A stretch of 64,000 nt of DNA. Source: Malacoraja senta. Its lineage: Eukaryota. Shown here in pieces: positions 46,072 through 64,000 of the stretch. The position numbers were made by a program, and so were the translations under genes. The notes beneath the pieces were generated by a model. The model was not told the DNA's origin, ran no database searches, and worked only from the letters and a program-made list of their open reading frames with translations. The stretch spans positions 1,986,001-2,050,000 of the forward strand of contig CM075998.1 in NCBI GenBank assembly GCA_038087875.1. The letters run 5' to 3'. Position 1 is the stretch's first letter. Each line of letters starts with the position of its first letter.

Positions 46072-46494
46072 GTTGGAGTCGTCAAATTAATGCAAACCCA
46101 GCCTACTTGTGACATCAGTGAAGCAAACGGCAACAAACTTAACCTTTTGAGAGCTGCTGGATAAAGAGAAAAGCACTGAGCACTTAAATTCCCACTCGGT
46201 CATGTTTGAGATGCCTATAAATAATCAAATTTCACCAAAATTCAACAGTCAACCTTCACAAAAAATATACAGCCTCTGTCATTCTAGTGACCAGCATATG
46301 TCTGTACATCTCTAAGTTCATAATATTGACTTATTTCCCACTTTGTCTTCTTGTCTTCACTTTCCTCTTTCTCTCACTTTCTGTTCTTTTTTCTGCTTTC
46401 TTTTTGCTTCTGTTATCTTTTCAACCTGTTTCTCTCTCTCTCCCCTTGACTTTCTCTATCTCTGAGTTGGTATATCCATAGAATCATTATATGT

Positions 46495-47072
46495 TTGCAT
46501 CGCAGTAAGTTTACTTAGCTTTTTGTGTTAGAATGCTCCAATACCAACTATAAACATGTGGATTTCAAATATGTTCGAAACATTACACCTAGAAGAGATA
46601 AGACTCCTCCTGGCAGGTAAACCAGATCACTTCCACCTGACGTGGTCTGCATTTATAGAATTATTACAAGTATAGGGTACAAAAGTACTTAAAAAAAAAC
46701 TGAGGTCAGGTAAGGGGGGATGAAAGCTGGAGAGTTGGTATGTCCCATTTGCGTGATGCTTACAAAAACTATTTGTATTTCTCTTTTCCCTCTTTCTCTT
46801 TTTTCTTCTTTTTAGGGTCTATTTCTTAATTCTTTTTTTTTTAATTTCTTTCTTATAGGGTCTTTGTTCTTTTTTGTTGTCACGTTTTTTACACTTTCAC
46901 TTTTTTCCTTCATTTTCTCCTTTCTCTCAATCTCATCCTTTCCCTTTATTGGTGTAAAAAATGACGGAGTACATTAATTGTAATAAGATATACGTGACGA
47001 GTACTAATGTAATTGGTTGTAATGTAATGTACTTCGAATAATTTTTTTTTTTTTTTTTAAAGAAAAAAAAAA
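46495..47072 (+). mobile_element. L1-like 3' end (ORF2 C-terminus, pyrimidine-rich UTR, A-rich tail)
   Basis: APIPTINMWISNMFETLHLEEIR...WSAFIELLQV* followed by a T-rich UTR and an A-rich end. Confidence 0.6.
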
Positions 47073-47540
47073 GCTTTTTGTGTTAGCCCTGGCTGTTTGC
47101 TGCAAAATTAGTTCTGCTGTCCTCTTCTGGATAATGAGGGAAAAGATTGATCCAATGGCAGCAATCGGGAGAGTGGTGATTGTGAGGAGATTGACCAGGA
47201 AAGGGGGAGTAATGGGTAGTATCAGAGAAGGACAGGCAGCATCTCTGGAGAGAAGGAATGGGTGACGATTTGGGTCGAGACCCTTCTTCAGACTAGGAAT
47301 AGCATCTCATATTTCGCTTAGGCAGCTTACAACCCAGTGGTATGAGAATTGATTTCTCTAACTGCAAGTAACTCCCTCTCTCTCCATCCCTCTCCCACCC
47401 AAGTCCCACCAGGTTCCCGTTCTCACCAGGCCTGTTTCCTTTAACATCGTTACTTTTTTTTGCATATCTTTCATTCATTTGTTCTAAACATCTCTACATC
47501 ACTGTCTATATCTCTGGTTTCCCTTTCCCCTGCCTAGTCT

Positions 47541-47674
47541 TCTTCTTTCGTGTGGCGTGCACAGCCTAAAGTTGGAGGACAACTTGTTCTATTTGATCTT
47601 CCGTTTGTGCACGTCGAGTTGATTGCATTAGTCGAAACAGGGCGGACCACGTGAAGGTTGCAATCTTCCACCCC
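47541..47674 (-). mobile_element. Ribozyme-headed SINE-like retroposon, copy 3 (subfamily B)
   Basis: TSD cctgcctagtct at 47529-47540 and 47675-47686; nested in a Penelope fragment. Confidence 0.9.
47621..47674 (-). ncRNA. Minimal HDV-like ribozyme (J4/2 ACUAA)
   Basis: All helices as in copy 1; differences fall only in the unpaired J1/2 and J4/2. Confidence 0.87.
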
Positions 47675-48029
47675 CCTGCCTAGTCTGAAGAACGGTTTCT
47701 ACCCGAAACGTCACCCTTCTCTCCAGAGATGCTGCTTGTCCCGCTGAGTTACTCCAGCATTTGTGTCTATCTTTGGTTTAAACCAGCATCTGCAGTTCCT
47801 TCCTACGGTATCAGAGAAGGTACAATTACATGTGGTGGTTATGGAATCGCTCATAGACCAGACCAAGGCAGCCTTAATCCCGAGGAAATTAGCGTATCTG
47901 ATGGGTGTTTACCACATTCTTGTAGTTTTTCATGGTCAGCATTACCAAGACTAATTGCAAATTATTAACTGAATTTAAATTCCACGGCTGTCATGGTGGG
48001 ATTGTTGATCCAGGTCTCTGGATTACTAC

Positions 48030-48735
48030 TTTAGTTCAGTTTAGTTTATTGTCACGTGTACCGAGGTAAAGTGAAAAGCTTGTTGCTTGCTCTCCAGTCA
48101 GCAGAAAGACAATACATGATTACAATCGAGCCATTTGTAGTGTACGGATGATAAGGGAATAACAAAATCACGTTTAGTGCAAGGTTAAACCAGCAAAGTC
48201 CGATCAAGGATAGTCTGAGGGTCACCAATGATGTAGATCGTAGTTCAGGTTTTGGTAGGATGATTCAGTTGCCTGATAACAGCTGGGAAGAAACTGCCCC
48301 AGAATCTGGAGGTGTGCAATTTCACACTCCTATACCTTTTGCCCAATGGTAGAGGGGAGAGGGGAGAAGAGGGAGTGGTCGGGGTGCAACTCGTCCTTGA
48401 TTATGCTGCTGGCCTTGCCGAGGCAACTTGAGGTATAAATGTAGTCAATAGAAGGGAGGTTGGTTTGTGTGATGGTCAGGGCTGTGTCCACAATTGGCTG
48501 CAATTCCTTGCGGTCTTGCTGTTGGAGCTGTTCCCAAACCAAGCTGTGATGCATCCCGATAAAATGCGTTCCATGGTGCATCTGTGGATGTCGGTGAGAG
48601 TTGTAGGGGACATACCTAAGCCTTCTAAGGAAGTAGAGGTGTTGGTGTGTCTTCTAGGTCGTTATATGGGTGCTCCAGGAGAAATTGTTGGTGATATTGA
48701 CTCCTAGGAATTTGACGTTTTCAACCATCACCACC
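48030..48735 (-). mobile_element. Rex1/Babar-type LINE fragment
   Basis: [22 protein letters not shown]; reverse homolog of 34620-35170. Confidence 0.82.
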
Positions 48736-49405
48736 ATGGTGATAGCCTTGACAAAGCACTCCAAGGGTTCCTTGGGCTTGTTATTAGATGTGACAATGGA
48801 AGGGACAGATGAGGAGGTTTAAGAAAACGATTTTCAGCGGAAAAACGAAGCCAGAGGGTACATGTACAGACCATCCACACTGAGATCTGTTTCACAGCCA
48901 CCGTGTGAGAGGAGTGTTTATTTTGAACATTGCAAAGAACATCTAGTCCTTGCACATTCAAGTACTTGCGATGTGTAAAATGCTGATTGCAGGCACTAAC
49001 ACTTAGTGCCAAATTGTGAGACTCAGATTCACACCTGCTTGTGTTATTCAATTGTGTAAGAAGGAACTGCAGATGCCTTTGCCTCGGGTGGGGGGGGGGG
49101 GGGGAACAGAGATAAAGCCAAACATTTCCTTACAGCTAGTGAAGTAATACTGTTGGGAAAGGCATCCGTGGTCTGCGGGCATGCATTTTGTTATGGTGGG
49201 TGAATAATGGGAGGGGCTTGGAAGATGGCTGTAAACCAAACCTTGCAAATGCAGTTTCTGCACAAAGCAGGATTGTGGATGGGGAGGAGAGAGAGAGATT
49301 CATACACAGCAGAATAGAAAGGAGACACATGGGGAAGCCATTCGGCCCATCTGGCCTGTTCCAGCATTCATTGCCATCGTGGCGAATCATTCACACTAAT
49401 CCATA

Positions 49406-49716
49406 GGGCGGCACAGAGGCGTCGCTGGTAGAGTAACTGGCAGAGTCCCGGGTTCAATCCCGACCTGCGGTGTTTCTGTTTGCACGTTCTCCCTGTGACT
49501 GTACTCACAGGTTTCCTCCGGGTGCGCCAGTTTCCTCCCACATCCCAAAGACGTGCGGGTTTGTAGGTTAATTGGCCTCTCCAAAATTCCCCCGAGTGTG
49601 TAGAGAGTGGATGAGAACGTGGGATAACATAGAACTAGATTGAGCAGTTGAACGATGGTCAGCGTGGACTCGGTGGGTCGAAGGGCCTGTTTCCATGCTA
49701 TATTTCTAAACAAAAC
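49406..49716 (+). mobile_element. V-SINE, second subfamily
   Basis: Same head and V domain with a different middle segment; a reverse homolog lies at 56236-56530. Confidence 0.8.
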
Positions 49717-50292
49717 TTCACTATCCCGTTCCGGCCTTCTCCTCGTATCCCACGATCCTTTTGACATAAATAAATAGATCTAGCCCCTTCTTGAACATAT
49801 TTAATGACTTGGGCCCCACTGCCTTCACCAGCCTCAGGCGGAAGACATTTCTCCTCATCTCAGGTTATCACCCCTGGTTCTCGACTTTCTTGGCCATTGG
49901 GAACATTCTCCCTGCATCTCGTCCGTAGAAAAGAAAGCTTCAATATCAAGCTTTGAATCCTCTCAGAGGGGAGAAACTGAGCAGTGGGCACTCTGTGAAG
50001 CAAAAGCAGACAATGGCATGGCCAGATATTGGATTGGAGAGGAGTCCATGTGCAGTCTGGCTGCCTGGGGAAATGAATGGTACAAACAGCAGGCTGAATT
50101 CAATAAGGATCTCAGGTACATCACACACACTTAACAATGTAATGAACCTCAGATTGATGCTTCAGATCTCTTACTGCGGTTCTCCACCGATCAATGATTC
50201 CGAGAGTTTTGTCTCTCCTGCTTAGGTGTTGGTCACTTATGTGTAAAGAAGGATTTGTATCTGTTTATAATATGTCTACAATTGAGGCACAT

Positions 50293-50604
50293 GGGTGGCA
50301 CGGTTTCGCAGCGGTAGAGTTGCTGCCTTACAGCGTCAGAGATCCGGGTTCGATCCCAACTACGGGTGCTGTCTGTACAGAGTTTGTACGTTCTCCCCGT
50401 GACCTGCGTGGGTTTTCTCCGGGATCTTCGGTTTCCTCTCACACTCCAAAGACATACAGGTTTGTAGGTTAATTGACTTGGTGTAGGTGTAAATAGTCCC
50501 TAGTGTGTGTAGGATAGTGTTAGTGTGCGGGGATCGCTGGTCTGTGCGGACTCGGTGGGCCGAAGGGCCTGTTTCCACGCTGTATCTGTAAACTAAACTA
50601 AATT
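50293..50604 (+). mobile_element. V-SINE (HE1-like)
   Basis: Full-length copy. Confidence 0.88.
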
Positions 50605-51334
50605 AACTTCATAAGTTCATAAGTGATAGGAGCAGAATTAGGCCATTCGGCCCATCAAGTCTACTCCACCATTCAATCATGACTGATCTATCTCTCCCTC
50701 TCCACCCCATTCTCCTGCCTGTATCTGGAATATACCCGCACTAATCAAGAATCTATTTATCTCTGCCTTAAAAATATCCATTAAATTGGCTTCCACAGCC
50801 TTCTGTGGCAATGAATTCCACAGATTCACCACCCTGTGTCACTTTGTTTTGCCCTCACACTTAATAATTTCCCAGGTTGGCTGTTTGCATGTGATCTGCT
50901 TCTATAAGATTGTACGTTAGATGTCTCTTCCTAAGGATAAAAAGCCCAGTTTTTTTCCCAGTCATTCCTCAATACCGACCTCTTATGCAAGGGACTGTCT
51001 CATGACTTTTCTCTGCACTGCCTTCAATGTTTGAATGTCATCCCAGTGTCTCATGACTACAAGTGAACGCAGGATTCAACTTTCAGAGAATGGATGATCA
51101 AATCATGAAAGGAGACATTGAAATCATAACTGGCCTCTTTTAAGAGAAGCACAAATGTGTTCCAAATTTTGACAGAACTAATTCAAATAAAAACATAGCA
51201 AATTCCTCATGTTCTTCAGTCACAGAAAAGCCTCAGCAGACCCCTCATACTGAATAGAACACAGGATGGAATCTGGCTGAAGCAACCACAGAGATAGTAT
51301 TATAGTAACCATCTTCTAGAAAGGCGACAAATCT

Positions 51335-52118
51335 GAATGCAGTACCACAGAGGGGTCTCCTTGCTGCCTGCCGTAAGGGGATATTATCGCCAAGGTCCTT
51401 CACGATGGACTACCTGGAGCAGAATAAGGAAATCAACGCAAGTGCCCTCACCCAGGACAACATCCCTGATATTGGGGTCCTGGTTGCATTCAGATGACCC
51501 TGCCATTCACTCGCCCAACACCAGACGCCCACAACATACACATTGTTCCAAACTGTGTCACAGGAAAAGGTCACCAGGTAAAAAGAGGAAAAGATTCAAG
51601 GATCTGCCCAAAACTTATTTAAAATGTAACATTCCCACTGACTCATAAGTGATAGGGGTAGAATTATGCCACTCGACCCATCAAGTTTACTCCGCCATTC
51701 AATTATGGCTGATCTATCTCTCCCTCTCAACCCCATTCTCCAGCCCTCTCCCCGTAACCTCTGACACCCGTACTAATCAAGAATCTATCTATCTCTGCCT
51801 TAAATATATCCAGACGGCCTCCACAGCCTTCTGTGGCAAAGAATTCCACAGACTCACCACTCCTGGGAATCTCTGACCCATGACCACTCAAAGGGGAGAA
51901 GGAGCATTCAGGATAGTATTGAGAGCCTCAAGTCCAAGCATCAGGAGCACATAGAGCATAAAAGAAACTAACAGATTATCCCCTCACTCCCTCAGACACC
52001 TTCTGCCCCATCTCTGGAAAAGTGCTATTCATACATTGGCCACAGCAGTCACCTCAGAACCCACAAAACCTGAGTGGAAGTAAGCCAACCTCCATCCCCA
52101 GGGGTGGCCTAAGGAGAA
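51335..52118 (+). mobile_element. Degenerate RTE-clade LINE 3' fragment, interrupted by a CR1 tail
   Basis: KRSPGKKRKRFKD..K..LK.CNIPTDS motif. Related pieces at ~15690-15900 (+) and 54380-54720 (-). Confidence 0.6.
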
Positions 52119-52796
52119 ATAACATGAGATTACAATACTGACCCATACGCATAAGTTATAGGATCAGAATTAGGCCATTCGGCCCATCAAGTCTACTCCG
52201 CTATTCAATCATGGCTGATCTATCTTTCACCCTTTAACCCCATTCTCCTGCCTTCTAACCATAACCCCTGACACCTGTACTAATCAAATGATTATGATTT
52301 TTACTGTTTGATTTACAATCCATAAGCATTGTTGATTAATGTTTTTCATTATAGAGTTACATGGCATGGAACCAAGCCCTTCGGCCTACTAAGTCTATGG
52401 TGACCATCAAGCACTCATTGATATTAAACCCATTTTATTCTCTTCACATTCCCATCAACTGCCCCCCACCCCCACATATTCAATGCCACTCACCCCACAG
52501 ACTCGGGGCCAATTAACCTACCAACTGCACGTCTTTGGCAAGTGGGGGGAAACCGGAGCACCCGAGGGAGAACGTGCAAACTCCATACAGACAGCACCCG
52601 TGTTCCGGATTAAATCTGAGTCACCGGAGCTGCAAGGAAGCAGCTCCACTAGTCACACCCTTTTGTTTCGACTTGTTTAACACTGATTCCAGCAGACACC
52701 AATACTAATGGGACACCCATTATGCACAGTGCCTACAAAGCAATTCTATGCGATGTGGACACAAGGAATTGCAGAAGCTGGTTTACAAAAATAAGA

Positions 52797-53130
52797 CACA
52801 AAGTGCTGGAGTAACTTAGCGGGTCAGGCAGCATCTGTGGAGAACATGGATAGGTGACGTTTCACAAAGTGCTGGAGTAACTCAGCGGGTCAGGCAGCAT
52901 ATGTGGAGAACATGGATAGGTGACGTTTCACAGAGTGCTGAAGTAACTCAGCGGGTCAGGCAGCATCTATGGGGAACATGGATAGGTGAGGTTTCACAGA
53001 GTGCTGGAGTAACTCAGCGGGTCAGGCAGCATCTGTGGAGAACATGGATAGGTGACGTTTCACAGAGTGCTGGAGTAACTCAGCGGGTCAGGCAGCATCT
53101 GTGGAGAACATGGATAAGTGATGTTTCCGA
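52797..53130. repeat. Tandem array, 5 x 66 bp, Penelope pLTR-derived
   Basis: agtgctg recurs at 52802, 52868, 52934, 53000 and 53066. Confidence 0.95.
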
Positions 53131-53378
53131 TTGTGGCCCGAAGACGGTCACCTATCCATGTTTTCCAGAGATGCTGCCTGGCCTGCTGAGTTACTCCAGC
53201 ACTTTGTGTCTTTTTTCCCCCCACACATAATGTGGACTCATTTTGACTGCGTATTGCTTGGGTTTTCCAAATGTTTATTTCAATTGTTGGGTGCCAATAC
53301 AGACTGACAGGCTTGTCGAGCTGACCTGGGGAGCATATTGCCCACCAGTCTCCCCCCATTCGGGTGTAAAGCAGGTAA

Positions 53379-63914
<10,536 letters not shown>

Positions 63915-64000
63915 TGAGCCATGGCAGCTCGCATCTCCCACGGCTCTCGTGATCCGCGATTCCCTCCGCAACTCCAGGGAACGGTCACGTAACGCACGCC

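Larger units (their letters stand above)
47228..47806 (+). mobile_element. Penelope-like 3' end/pLTR with inverted 5' pLTR piece
   Basis: End of the GIY-YIG ORF (HLIFRLGSLQPSGM), pLTR, and hammerhead-like ctgaaga...gaaacgtc at 47685; interrupted by SINE copy 3. Confidence 0.8.

Noticed and set aside
46555..46560. CATGTG E-box upstream of PMEL
   Set aside because: It lacks the flanking T/A preferred by MITF and lies inside an L1-like fragment.
52797..53130. Regular repeats resembling a CRISPR array, and a 22-aa-repeat ORF (52901-53230)
   Set aside because: The units are contiguous with no unique spacers, the context is eukaryotic, and the sequence derives from the Penelope pLTR; the ORF is a by-product of the 66-bp period.

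Overview
Repeat-rich vertebrate genomic DNA. HE1-type V-SINEs, DeuSINEs and Penelope repeats suggest a cartilaginous fish, probably a skate or ray (inference). Three spliced genes could be reconstructed exon by exon from GT-AG boundaries and phase. MCRS1 (- strand) has 8 coding exons in view and runs off the left edge. PMEL (- strand) is complete, with 12 exons and about 788 aa. CDK2 (+ strand, head-to-head with PMEL) has exons 1-4 in view, and exon 2 carries a 1-nt frameshift that is probably an assembly error. The most striking unannotated signal is a ~140-bp SINE-like retroposon, present in 4 copies with target-site duplications (TSDs). Its first 54 nt fold into a minimal HDV-like (CPEB3-type) self-cleaving ribozyme, and all three full-length copies start exactly at the predicted cleavage site. 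Also present: many Penelope-derived repeats carrying minimal hammerhead ribozymes; three Harbinger-like MITEs all inserted at the same TWA site of that repeat; a hAT-like transposon with a 7-bp TSD confirmed by a paralogous empty site; and a MITF/SOX10 motif cluster in PMEL intron 1. All calls were made by eye, without database searches.
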